DNA of 52,233 bases, filler included, from Diploschistes diacapsis (lineage: Eukaryota), in NCBI GenBank assembly GCA_023645945.1. It is 3 parts of 3 records of this genome, joined end to end, with 100 filler letters (N's around TTAATTAATTAA, not from the genome) between each part and the next. Parts side by side here need not be neighbours in the genome. Positions count along the whole stretch, not along the records: positions 34,929 to 52,233 come from JALAIB010000460.1; 2 more parts are not named here. One strand, 5' to 3'. The notes under the pieces are model-generated. The model made no database searches, was not told where the DNA came from, and was given only the letters and a program-made list of their open reading frames with translations. The translations under genes were made by a program, and so were the position numbers. Shown here in pieces: positions 35,690 to 47,487 of this stretch. Position 1 is the stretch's first letter. The number at the start of each line of letters is the position of its first letter.

Positions 35690-38600
35690 CTAAGCACCGG
35701 ATCCTTTGACAAACATGGCCTTGAAGTCCGCATTGTTTTTTCCCGCACCCGCCTTGACCGGTTCTGTCGCGGGTACACCACCGCCGCCACCAACTTTCTT
35801 CCCCAGCCCCCCTCTCCTCCCTGGCCCCGGCATTCCTAGCCCGGGCCTCCTAACAGCCGGTGGCGGCCTCAACACACTCTCCTTCTTCTCTCTCTTCTGC
35901 TCCTTCACCCCAGCCTTTCCCTCCTCCTTCATCTCCGGCCCCATCGCCAACATCTCCCGCACACTGCCGACACCCAACCTTCGGCCGGGTATGATCTCAA
36001 GACCCTCGACCGCGAGCGCCGCCTTGCCCGCGTCGTTGACGTCGGCGAACTCGACGATGGCGCCCTGGTGGTCGGGGCGGAGGACGATCTTGTTTAAGGC
36101 ACCATGGGGGGACATCAGGGCGCGGATGCGGGCGTCGTTGATGGTGTCGGGAACGTTGAGGAGGGCGAGGGTGCGGGAGGAGATTTCTTCGCGGGTAGGT
36201 TTCGAGGCTGTTGTTGTGAGGGGTTGTGTGGTGGTGGGCATTGGGGAGGCGGCGGAGTGGGAGGAAGTGGCGGTAGTGATGCCGTTCTGACGGTCATGCG
36301 GTGGCGGGGAGGTAGAGGTCGATGTGCGAGGGTTGATGATGGTTTTGGCTTGACGTTTGGCGGGGTTGGCGGTTGAGAGGGAGACGGCGAGGATACGGGA
36401 TTTGAATTTTGTGTTATTGAGGTCGAGGGCCGATTGAGCGTCGTCCTGATGACTGTAAGCGTCCAGCTGCCAAAGACGAAAGAAAGGTGGGTTACTTTGT
36501 TTGAGAAAATAATGAAGGCAGTTCCCTTGCTCTTCCCCGAAAGATTCTTTGGGATCCGAACCTTCTCCACCTTTCCGTACTTCGAGAACAGATCCTCTAT
36601 GTCTTGCTCTGTCGCATTCCAGTCGACGTTGTTGGCGTAAATTTCTCGACTTTCATACATGGCTCCGTGTCGCTTGTCTTTGTGACTCGGGTCAGACATC
36701 TTTGCAACAAGCTGGAGAGCTCCGTCGACGCGCTTTTGATCAAGTTCACAAGCACTTTGGGCATCTTCGGGAGATTTGAACTGAACGTAGCAGAAGCGGC
36801 GATGGGTATTGTACTTGAGAGAAGGGAATCGAACATCGATAATCTCTCCGTACTGGCCACAAGTCAGTTATATAAGTTGTTCGAATCCAGTGTCCCAGCG
36901 GGAACTCACCTTTCCGAACAGCTCTCTTATGTAGGACTCGTCCGACGAGGCTGGGAAATTGGTTACATAGAGGGTGGTACCGGTTCCTACCTGTACCTCT
37001 ACTGGTTTTCCCCGGAAATCCTTCAAATCTTTGGTCTGAGCTGCAAGCGCCTCCTCTTTGGAGCGAAATTCGAGGGTCGCAGTCGAAGAATTGGCGCCGT
37101 CGTCCGTAGCGATCTTCAGCGAATTGATAGTTCCACACTGTGCCCGTTAGCTTCCATCCCATACACTAATGGGGCCGTCAGTGACTCCACGTACATCTTT
37201 GAAGAAATGTCGGACCCACTTTTCATTGGTATCACTTGGCAAATTTCGAACAATGACGGTAGTGTTTTCACGATCCCTCTTCAATGCTGCTGGCGCTACA
37301 GACTGTGTCTGCTCTCCATCCCCGGCATCTGTACCATTCATGCGACTTTTCTTTGTAACTTCACTGGCGCCAACGACATCATCGCTGTCCCGTTTCCTTT
37401 TGCTTCCGTTAGTCTGCTCGTTCTGGACCTGAGCCTGAGCGACGTGTTCTCGGCGTCGTTGCTCCGCGTATGCTGCCGCTTGCATAGCTTCCTGCTCGCG
37501 TCTCTTACCAAGAGCCTTCGTTGCCTTCCGCCAATGAACAGTAGCCGCCTGTATTTCAGTAGCATTTTCATGATCCTCGCAGTGAATCAGATATGTGTCG
37601 AGGATCTTTTCCGGCCAGTCAAGCTTTGTCCGTCTTGCGGCTTGTTGCAGGACCTTTGTGGCTTCCCGTGGTACCGAGTTGGACCCATAGGCTCGGTCCC
37701 CAGTAACCTTGCCCCAGGTGATCATTTCCCACCAGTAATACCGCAGCCAGAATTCGTAACTCTCTCCATGTCTGGATACGAGTTTTTTCCATCGCTCTCT
37801 GGCGAGGTCGTGCTTCTGTCCCTGATCGAGGAATTTGATGTAGATCCGCTCGAGACGATACTGCGGGTCCCCCTGGTACTCCTTTCCGTACTTTTGTTGC
37901 CCGAGCGATTCCGTGTCCTCGATTGCGGAGAGTATTCCAACCTCAGCCACATCCGGCTCTTCTTCAGTCGCATTTTCCGCAAACGCTCGGCGGCGCAAGA
38001 AACTACACCATGCCGTGTGAATCTTGAGCACGTCTTCCATGCTTGACAAGTCAAGGAGACCCGTACTTGTAGCTTTGTGCTTAATTTGCCCAATGTCGGC
38101 AAAAGGGAGATCATGGCGCTCAGCAGCTTGAATGTACCGAGACCACAGCGTACCGGACCACGGACAATGATCACAAGCTCTGCCTAATAGGGATAAAGAG
38201 GAGCTAGGTCGCTGTCGATGATCGCTCTCTTCGCTCAAAAACGTGAGATAGTCTTCCCATAAATTCGCGTCGCTTGGAAACTGTAGAACGGCGCGCTGAA
38301 AGAGTGCGTTTGCCAGGTCGAAGCTGAAGACCTTTTTCTTGCGGTGATGGGACATTTCCCAATCCAAGTACTCACTGAAAAGGGTCCAGGCCGAAGTCTT
38401 GTCTCCGGATCCGACAGCCGCGAGAAGCTTCAACTCAAATGCTTCTCTGATACCGAATTGGGCTTTTGCGCCGGCTGCCAAAGCATTGACGGACACCATA
38501 ATCTCCTCATAAGCCGCATTGTCGTAAGTGGAGATGAAACTAGAAAACTTTTGGAATGTCTCGTCCCACGTCGCATGCGGGATTTGCAATCTTTCGATGA

Positions 38601-39780
38601 AGTGACTCTTTAGAGCGGCCACATCTTCTGCAGAAGGACATGAGCCGAGGCCTTGTATCAGGAGATCCGCGTATCGGTCCCAAACAAGGTGACTGTCGCT
38701 CAGGTTGAACTTGACTTCTTCAGCGCCTCGCATCCAAACTTCGAGCATCTGAGCCTTGCCAAAAACCTCCGCAGCAACAATTTGGTCCTCCTCAGACCAC
38801 TTGATCCACTGGTTGATATTGGTGCCCATCCGACCAGCTGAATCATCAGGATTAGCTGAATCGTATAACAAGAGCATCAATTCTCCATACATCCCCCAAA
38901 GCTTCACACTAGCGACTTCATCCGTAATAGCCTTCTCGTACAACTCAATAACGCCCATGCAATCTTCGAGAGTGCGAGCGAGTAGTTGTTGGTCCTGCAG
39001 CATTTCTACCCATAATTCTTCTCCTAGCGAGAAGCGAGAAGACATCGCATTCCTGGCCTGTTGCAGATCTTGAAGCAAATCGTACGAGCGAGGATCGTTT
39101 TCCCCCGGTAACCCAGGTTCTGAGTGAACATGATACAATAAGCCCTTGTGAAGAATCTTGATCAGACGAGCATGGGATTCGTAAGCGTTGGGGTTCTCGG
39201 CCAGGAAGGCCGTGAGCTGTCCGATCTGCTCCAGCTCCGTATCCGGGAGAGAAGAAGACCTGAAGGCACGCGGGGGCGGTGTCTGCGCAGGAGCATCCGT
39301 CATACGCAGGTCCAACGAGCTCCTTGAACCCGAATGCATTCTTGCGATTGCCTGCAGACTTGGTCGGACAGGTGTATGCGATAGTTGCTTCTCTTGAATA
39401 TCTCCTCCTTTCAAAACACCCGAGTTGGCCCTGGCCGTACGTTGATGGTGCTGCATAGATGCCAAGTCTGCCAGAGTGTCCATGCCCGTAGTTGAAGTTG
39501 GCCTGTTGACACGAGGCGAGCCTGAAGCTGATCTCATGTTCGTTGTGGGTTGAGACAAGTTGTATGCTGGACTATTGATCGGAGGGGAGGGTGTTGGTGG
39601 TGGAACAAAGGGCTTTGAGCTGCAGCTCGAATCTAATTCCTGGGACAACGGTGACGCTTTAGGGTTCGTTATATTCGTCTGCGACCTTGTGCGCCGGGTC
39701 GCTGCCGGACTCGAACGCGGAGACGGAGAGCTTGCCGGCGTATTGTTGTCCTGCGGCGAAAGTAGCGAGTTGATATCCAT
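35690..39780 (-). CDS. PRP24: U4/U6 snRNP recycling factor Prp24/SART3 (HAT repeats + 4 RRMs + Lsm-interaction motif), ~1308 aa
   Basis: Start MDINSLLSPQD and HAT-like repeats (LFQRAVLQFPSDANLWEDY, RACDHCPWSGTLWSRY). Introns 37138-37194, 36853-36909 and 36446-36495 join the RRMs (VIVRNLP, LYVTNFP...RRFCYVQF, KGTAFIIF, LALLNVP). The C-terminus is KNNADFKAMF. Confidence 0.96.
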
Positions 39781-40415
39781 GTTGCCGGCGGAAATTTTCA
39801 CTTGTTGCTTTCAGCTTTACGACCAACCATCAAAGCAGAGCTGCTGCTACAGTAGCCAAAGCATTGCCGAGAGCTATGTGCTTGTTCCTGTTGGTTGTAG
39901 CTCATTCATAACGCCGAAGGCCAACAGTATCGAGTGAACAGAATTCTTCCCTGTCGGGTTCGTCTGGGCCATGACGAAGTATAGTACTCTGATGGTACTT
40001 GTACGGAGACGGGAGTCTAGCCTCCAGCTTGCCCTACAGGATACGAAGTAGAAGTAGTACGTTGTTCGGTGGTGGTGGTAGTGAATCTAAAAAAAGTTCT
40101 AGAACTTGGTCATAATTGTGGCATTTTTAATTGGTCACTGACGTCTCAAGGGTCGCTGTGACCGAGTCAAGCCTTGCCAAGCCACCGAGTGCTTGCTACA
40201 AATCACAATGCAGCCTCACTCTGTGATCAGCTCTTAGCCCATGGCTCCAAAGAAAGCGTGTTCTGGTAAATGAAAACTTGAACCTGTTGCGTGCAGTGCT
40301 CGTCGTGCTTGCTTGCACCTTAGGGTATTTACAGAGAGACCATAAGTATCTCCTACCATGAATCGATGGAATATGACGGCAGGTTTGCTCGACTTGCTTC
40401 CCAACTCAACGATTG

Positions 40416-41545
40416 CTATATCTTGGAGCTTGACTCTAATACTCTGCTTTCAGCCTGCTCCAGTGACTCTGTCATGAAACTGACAGCTTCCTTGACCATT
40501 GCAGGAGTCATTGCATGCCCTACCCCATCGAATACCATGTCCTTGAGAACAATGTCGTTGTTCTTAAACCACCCGTCTGTGGCAATGGCCCTCTTAAGCC
40601 ATTGCAAGAATGGCGCACCTTGTGCATATGGAACGAGCTTATCCGCTCCGCCGGCCAGATTCAGTATCCTTTTCCCGCAAAGCTTTTCCGCCATGAGTGG
40701 TATCAGCTTCTGCTTTTCTTCAGCTGTCGGTTCTCGTGTATATGTCTCATCCGTTCTGCCCGCAATGGGCCCTAAGAAGACTCCAGCAGGATCGTAGGCA
40801 TCTACCGCGTCGACGAGGTGCTTTGGAAAATCTGCCGAGCCTACGAATCCCGAGCCGGGTGGTGAAGTCTCCGTCCAGGTTTTGAGCTTGGACAGCCGAG
40901 CTCGATCCTTCATGAGCATCAGATAGTCAGGACAGCCGATGACAATGACGCCGGTAGAAATACGGCTATCGTGAAGGATGCAATGCCAGGTAGCATGGCC
41001 ACCCAGGCTGACTCCCAGCACCATATGCTCTACTAGTGTGTGCTGGCCGTGTGGGAAAATGTATGCTCCGAGGTAAGTAATGAGTTGGGAAGTGTCTGCA
41101 GCTGTTCCCTCTGCTTTTTTGTTAGCAGGAGTGGTTCGATGTGCTAAGAGCACGAGCGTCACACACGGTATATCGAGAACATGTCCTGAGCATGTTTAGG
41201 GTTGCCGCCTTTCCAAGCTTCGTTCGCTAGGGGGGCTAGTCCACGAGAGCCGTGATTTCTTTGGTCAAAAGAGACAGCAATAAGCCCTCGCGATAAGTCC
41301 TTTGGATTTCTCTCCTTTAGTCTCATGTTCCAGTGTACAATGGCAGCCTGCGCTATTGATTCCATCTGGGACCTCTCCGATAGGCGAGGGTGTAGAAGCC
41401 AAAGGCATGCTACATCTTTAGATTTATTCCCAAGCTCGTCCAATCCATAAACCGTGGTCAATATACCCGCGATCAAATGTTCCTCTCTAGAAATGGCGTG
41501 ATTGGGAACGGGATCGGTGCCCTTCAGTGGATCTGGTGTAGACAT
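40416..41545 (-). CDS. alpha/beta-hydrolase fold protein (~357 aa)
   Basis: Intron 41111-41166 joins the two ORFs. Motifs are SFDQRNHG, nucleophile GVSLGG, acid GGADKLVP and His GVGH. Confidence 0.92.
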
Positions 41546-42204
41546 TATACGATTTGCGTGATTTGCACTTTGGGTCGAATGACCTCAAATACACAGCATT
41601 GACTGCGGCTCGATAAAGCTATGAACAGCCAGCATGCAACCTCTGTCACGAAAAAGACCAACAATGGTGGTGCAGCACTAACAGACTCGAGATCGCCGTT
41701 TTCTTTTCATCATGAGATCCTCGTGCGGTATGACATCACAGTCCGGTTTTTCTTACTACGAGAATCAGAGTATGAAGTACTCCCTGATTTCTTGTCGGCC
41801 TCAAGATAAATCTTTCACGTACTGGTAGCTTCTTCTTATCTTAAGTGCGTTGTTCGGCTGTATAAAAGACTACAACGTCGAGGGTAATTCATGTGGGCGG
41901 ACTGGTCCACTGACAGAGTCCTAGTATGGCCTGAATGGGAACGTTATTCCATTTTTGTTTAGATGCATCTCTCTCCGCACACTGTCTCTCTCTCTCGCTC
42001 CCCCCCCTCTCTCTCCGCATAATACAAAAATCACCCATCTATAGTTATATCCACCATTTGTCTGGGCTCATGATATGTTTTTACTACCTAGTATTTGATT
42101 GATATGCTCTTCTTTCCCTCTTCGTTCTCGTGAAGGTTGTGTTGGTCGTTGTGGTCCTGTCTCTGTCCCTTGGTGCGTAGTAAAGTCGTGATATTGTTGC
42201 CAAG

Positions 42205-44171
42205 ATGCTGTTCGGGAGAAAATACTTCGGCCTAGACGGCGTTCGGCTGCAAATAGCCATAGGTGCTCTTGCCGGCTTAGATTTCTTGCTGTTCGGCTAT
42301 GACCAAGGCGTTATGGGCGGTCTGTTGACCCTGCCCTCATTCGTGAGTAGCAGGGAAGCATGAATGGCCATCCTGTTAACTGAATAACTTGGTCGCAACG
42401 TTCCCCCCGATCGATGCCAACACGTCGGATGAGTTGCACGAAGGGCTCACGACAGTCGCGCAGCAGACAAATCGAGCCAGTGTCCAGGCCGTGGCTGTGG
42501 CTGCCTACACACTGGGCTGCTTCTTTGGTGCCGTTACTACCATCTTCATTGGCGATATTCTCGGTCGTCGTAGAGCCATTTTTACGGGGTCGAGTATCAT
42601 GATTGTCGGTACCATCATTATGGCATCTTCGTTCTCCATCGCGCAATTCGTGGTTGGACGTCTGATCACTGGGTTGGTGGCCATAGCTTCGTTTCTTGCT
42701 GCAGAGCTAACGACGTCGAGGTTCGGGAACGGAATCAACACTTCTACCGTGCCGACATGGCAATCAGAGTGCTCCAAAGCCCATAGACGTGGCATGATGG
42801 TCATGATTGAAGGAGTGCGTTTTTGAAAGCAAAGTATTCATTCCCGTTATTCTGCTAATTCTCGGTAGGCTCTGATTACCGGTGGCATTTGCATCAGCTA
42901 CTGGCTAGATTTTGGCTTCTACTACTTGGATCCTAGCTCAGTCTCCTGGCGATTTCCCATCACTTTCCAATTGGTCTTTCAAATCATCATCGTTTCGTTC
43001 ATTATGGAGCTCCCAGAATCTCCAAGATGGCTTATCCTAAGGGGTCAAGAGGACGAAGCCCTCGACGTCCTTGGAGCACTCAGTAGTCTAAGTCCCGACA
43101 ATTATTTCATTATCAACGAGTTCAACGCTATCAAGGAAGTCGTGTTAGAGATGCAGAAGGGGACTTTCGGAGACCTCTTCACCATGACCGAGGACCGCCA
43201 CTTCCACAGAACTATACTTGCCTATATCAACCAAGTATTCCAGCAGGTTTCTGGCATCAACTTGATCACCTACTACGCAGCTACAATCTATCAGACGTAT
43301 GTCGGCCTTTCGCCCTTCCTCTCACGCTTGCTCGCCGCATGCAACGGCACCGAGTATTTCCTGGCATCCTGGTTTGCAGTCTTCACGATTGAGAAATTCG
43401 GGCGTCGTCATTTGATGTTGTTCGGCTCTGCAGGCCAGAGCTTGTCCATGGTTGTTCTCGCGGTGGTCAACTACCTCGCCACAATCCAATACGGAGGTCA
43501 GGGTCCCGGTATCGCCGCGACCCTGTTCCTCTTCGTCTTCAACTCTTTCTTTGCTGTCGGCTGGCTTGGAATGGTGAGTAAAAACGGAAGCAACGACAAA
43601 GAAAACCCCTTAGGCTGACAGCAACCAGACATGGCTCTACCCTGCCGAAATCGTCCCTCTCCGAATCCGCGCCCCAGCCAACGCGCTCTCCACCAGCGCC
43701 AACTGGCTCTTCAACTTCCTCGTTGTCATGATCACCCCCGTCTCCTTCGCCAGCATCAACTGGCGCACCTACATCATCTTCGCCGTCATGTAATCCCAAT
43801 CCCAATCCCCCTCCCTTTCCTCCTTCCTTACCCACTAGCTCTTCCCTTCCGTCCCGCTAACTAACTTCACCCACAGCAACGCCGCGATCATCCCCGTCGT
43901 CTACTTCTTCTACCCCGAAACCGCCTACCGCTCCCTCGAAGAAATGGACGCCATCTTCCTCGAGAGCAAGTCCATCTTCGACACGGTTAAGGTCGCGCAC
44001 GACATGCCGCGCCGCTACGGCAAGAACGGGGAGCTGCTGATCAGCTATGAGGACACGGAGCAGCATCGGCGCAGGAGTAGCGTGGTGCCGCGGACGTTGC
44101 CCAAGGTCGGTGAGGCGGAGGCAGAGACGTATGAGGGAAAGAAGGGAGATGTGGAGAAGGGGAGTACGTAG
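42205..44171 (+). CDS. MFS sugar porter, STL1-like (glycerol/polyol:H+ symporter clade), ~557 aa
   Basis: Motifs FGYDQGVMGG, GDILGRR, GNGINTSTVPTWQSE, PESPRWL, QQVSGINLITYY, EKFGRR, WLYPAEI and YPETAYRSLEEMD. Introns are 42343-42391 (TG end), 42673-42720, 42815-42868, 43574-43628 and 43790-43876. Confidence 0.95.
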
Positions 44172-44431
44172 CTAGCGGATAGGATGGATGGATTGGGTTG
44201 TTGATTATGAGTGCGTGGGGAGATGTGGTTGGGAGTGGTTCTGCTGTAGGCAGGGGGTGAGGGCGGTACATATGATGATCCTGTCAGTCTTAGTAGACAG
44301 ACCAAGGAGCATAAAGGAAGCTCCATACACTGCGGTTACCTTGGCAATCTGGCTGAAGTGGTTCGACTCTTTCATCAACAAATTTTGCTGAACCGAATCA
44401 CTCTTGCTTTTCCGTGGCCAAAGGCCAAAGG

Positions 44432-45127
44432 CTATAGACGTTCATCCACGGCCTTCCAGTCCAACCATCCCATCCATTCTTTCGATGGAGGGGGGCCTTG
44501 CTTCGAGCTCGGCAAGCCGGAGGCCTGCTTTGCACCCGGACTTTCCGGTGACCCTGGAAAGAAGCGATTCGAGGCTCCTTGTTTTGCGTCCGGATTCGTT
44601 GGACCGCCCTGCTGGTGGTCACCACCGTGACCCACACTGCTACTACCACTGGCGGCCTTCCCCTGTGCCTGTGCCTTCCCCTGTGCCTGTGCCTGTGCAT
44701 TTTTTTCTGCCTGAATCGCCTTCTGCTTGTTTCGGTATCTTTGGTTGGATAACTTCTTACTTGCCCTGGATCTCTCAGTGTCTTTCGTGTTCTTTCTGTA
44801 TTTCATCAGTAATGCTTTGTATCCCTTGGGATCTTCCTGTATCTTTTTATCTCGGAATCTTTGTGAGGATTTTCTTGATACGGCTCTTCGGTTATCTTTA
44901 TTCAAGTCTGTTCGACGTTCAGCTCTGAACGACTCAGTTGTTGTTCCTTTTGTTCGGCATGCTAGTGTATTTGGTGAATGGAATAACGGGTAGTTATTAT
45001 GGTATGGTTGAGGATTATTGACTGTACTCTTTTCGATGATTTTGATATCGGAAGTATGGTGTTTGCTCGACCGAGCATTAACGAGCACGGCGAAGAGGGA
45101 GAAGGAAAGGATAATAAAACGGCGCAT
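44432..45127 (-). CDS. small secreted, highly basic protein (candidate effector), 231 aa; alternative ATG at 45166
   Basis: Uninterrupted ORF with signal peptide MRRFIILSFSLFAVLVNA, K/R-rich core, AQAQGK repeat and Trp-rich C-terminus. Confidence 0.7.
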   Translation of the reverse strand: MRRFIILSFSLFAVLVNARSSKHHTSDIKIIEKSTVNNPQPYHNNYPLFHSPNTLACRTKGTTTESFRAERRTDLNKDNRRAVSRKSSQRFRDKKIQEDPKGYKALLMKYRKNTKDTERSRASKKLSNQRYRNKQKAIQAEKNAQAQAQGKAQAQGKAASGSSSVGHGGDHQQGGPTNPDAKQGASNRFFPGSPESPGAKQASGLPSSKQGPPPSKEWMGWLDWKAVDERL

Positions 45128-45522
45128 ATTAAGAATAAGTAGGTGTTGTGTTATTTTAGAAGACATAGAATGTTTGTGCAGGGTAGTCGCCAGTAATAAG
45201 TTGCCATAAGGATGTATTTGTTCCCTCTTATAGCCTTCTCTGCAGCTATTTTATCATGCTTTTCATGTTTGTTTTTAGAGCCCAGTTCCGTTTCACTCAT
45301 TCAGCGAAGCGCATACTACCTATCCAATCAAGGATAAGAAGGTTGAGTATTATAAGCGACCGTTATCATCGACAATAAAGCTGCGGCGCCACTCGAGCAG
45401 GGTTGGATTTCCAAAGTATACCCAGGATAAACGTAAGCATCAAGAGCATGCTATCCTCGGTCCTTGGAGAGAAGGGAGACAATTGTTATTGTGTTCCGTA
45501 CCTGGGGATGCAGCGAGAATCT

Positions 45523-45735
45523 ACCTGCTCCGCTCACTCTCCATACAAATATTGTAGGGTTCTCAAACCATTTAATAGCGCACACAAGCCATATGCGCTC
45601 GTATCATGTGATAATCTCACTTTTCTCCATACACTTTTAGAGCTCATTTTCAGATCACCTTCTTTCGACATTGTCAGCTGTGGCTTGTATATGTAATGCG
45701 TACAAATTTACTCTGGGAACTAGATATGAGCTAAA
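45523..45735 (+). repeat. diverged dispersed repeat, copy 2 (other copy 31234-31509)
   Basis: Three collinear similarity blocks shared with 31234-31509. Confidence 0.8.
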
Positions 45736-45838
45736 CTACTCGGCAGGCACACTATATGTGGAAAGTGAACGGAGCAGGTAGTGCTCCTGAGACAACCGGC
45801 CTGTTGTTCATGTTCCGTCACTTCGATAATACTCATAC

Positions 45839-47299
45839 TCACTGATTACTCCCACAAGAATTAATGGAATCTCTCATCTTCACTATAGCATTACCAAACT
45901 CATCCTCAGGCAACCCATAATCATCGTAGTAACCCCACCCAGCTTCGTGCGAAGATGTCGGCGGTATAATAGAACTGTTCAAAATAGCGTATCCCAAGTA
46001 TCGGGAAATTGTGCGTACTGCACACGAGCTCTTCACCACATTCCGCCAGAGGCAGCTAGCTATATGAGTACTATAGACATGGTGGTAATCATCATCATCG
46101 TAAGCGCGACGGGTTCCGATCTTTCCATTCCGAAACCGTTCTTGCCATTTCATTAAGTTGTAGGTCGCGGCGTGGATGAATTCATCTCTTAGAGAGCAGT
46201 CGCGCAAATTCCCCCCTCCTTACCTTTTTTGACTGACAGGGGTAGTTGCTGAAAGCACGGAGGAAGACCAACCCTTGGGAGAGGATTCGTGCCCGCGCGG
46301 CTGCTTTGCGTGTATCGGCATAGAGAACCCGTGCGCCCAGTGGCGCAAAGATACCCGTGTGGCAGGCTGCCTCGCGGCGGAACGGTACCGTGTCGGGACA
46401 CTTGTCGGGACACTTGCCGGCTCATCTGAGCAATCCGCTAATCCATGGGCGAGGCTTGTTGGTCCCCTTCTCCAGTTTCCACAAGTTGCTGTCGTAAGGT
46501 AACGCAAAGTGGATTTCTGGCTTACCACATTGCATAACAGCCAAGCTCGAGAAAGTCATACACGCATGCTAGCTCCTCAAGCTCCCACGGCAGTAACTTA
46601 CTCAAGAAAGCGGTGAATCCAGCCACACGGGTGTCTTCCCCAGACTGAACGGTATCTATATCGTTCGTCGACGTCCAAGCCCCAGCCAGTGCACAACACA
46701 GCCCAAACCGCCAGAGGCCACGCTGTAAGCGGTGAGCTTCGACCCTAGAGAGAGCCCTACCCTTGAAGGCCTCGTTACCACAGGCCCAGATTTCCGGGAA
46801 TAAGGTAGCGAAAATTCTATGGCGCCTATGGTGCGGGAGACGCGATGCAGGGCCTTGGCTGGATCCTTTGGCTTTTGGAGGAATTGAAAAATGCGCTTTT
46901 GCTTGTTAAAGAACACGCTCTTATTGAGGATAAAGACAATGTGGCTGATCGGCAATGGTGCGGACTCTTGAATCGAGACGAGGGTGCAGACTAACTCCTG
47001 CAGCTCGCGAGACATGCTGTTTCCAAGCACACGCGGAAAGACGTTCGAGAAAAAGCCAGCGAAGATCTGTATTGAGGGGCCATCGGCGCGAAGGAGGTTA
47101 TGAAGAGTTGGAATGTCAGGCAAGAAGGCCATGACCATAATCTGAACCTCCGTGGGCAAGTCATGCCATGGCACAGCACAAGAGGAAACGATGGGGAAGG
47201 TCAATATAGGGAATCTATCTTTCCTTCCGCTTGACCTGGCACAATCCAGTATTGTTGGTCTTTTGGCTATATGGCTTAACCGTAATATCACACTTACAT
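45839..47299 (-). pseudogene. disrupted F-box-like fungal hypothetical protein
   Basis: F-box-like WHDLPTEVQIMVMAFLPDIPTLHNL, then motifs typical of this kind of fungal protein in different frames: LSRVEAHRLQRGLWRFGLCC, FLSKLLPWELEELACVYDFL, RILSQGLVFL, RYLGYAI. Frameshifts at ~46812 and ~46635, a frameshift or 37-nt intron at ~46525, an in-frame TGA at 46422-46424, and a 12-bp tandem duplication at 46391-46414. Confidence 0.75.
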
Positions 47300-47456
47300 T
47301 GTAAATCGTGTTCAGGTGATCACGCAGTTAGGTTTCAACTACCTCTCAATCAGGTATAGCGCCACCTCTTTTTCTGTTATGCAACTACTTGCATCCTCAG
47401 GCTGTTATATCTTTATATTTCCCCAGTCTGAAGTCTTACTCTGGCGGAGCTTTTCG

Positions 47457-47487
47457 AAGGTCGTGGGTTCGATTCTCACTCATGACA
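47457..47487 (+). other. tRNA-like 3' half / Pol III B-box (not a complete tRNA)
   Basis: AAGGTC-GTGGG-TTCGATT-CTCAC-TCATGAC-A forms a T-stem/loop plus a 7-nt acceptor strand. No matching 5' acceptor strand or D arm was found. Confidence 0.4.

Noticed and set aside
36604..38046. 480-aa + strand ORF
   Set aside because: Antisense shadow of Prp24 with no recognisable motifs and a non-ATG start
44342..44371. A-box-like TGGCAATCTGG and B-box GGTTCGACTC
   Set aside because: Spacing far too short and no T stem; not a tRNA
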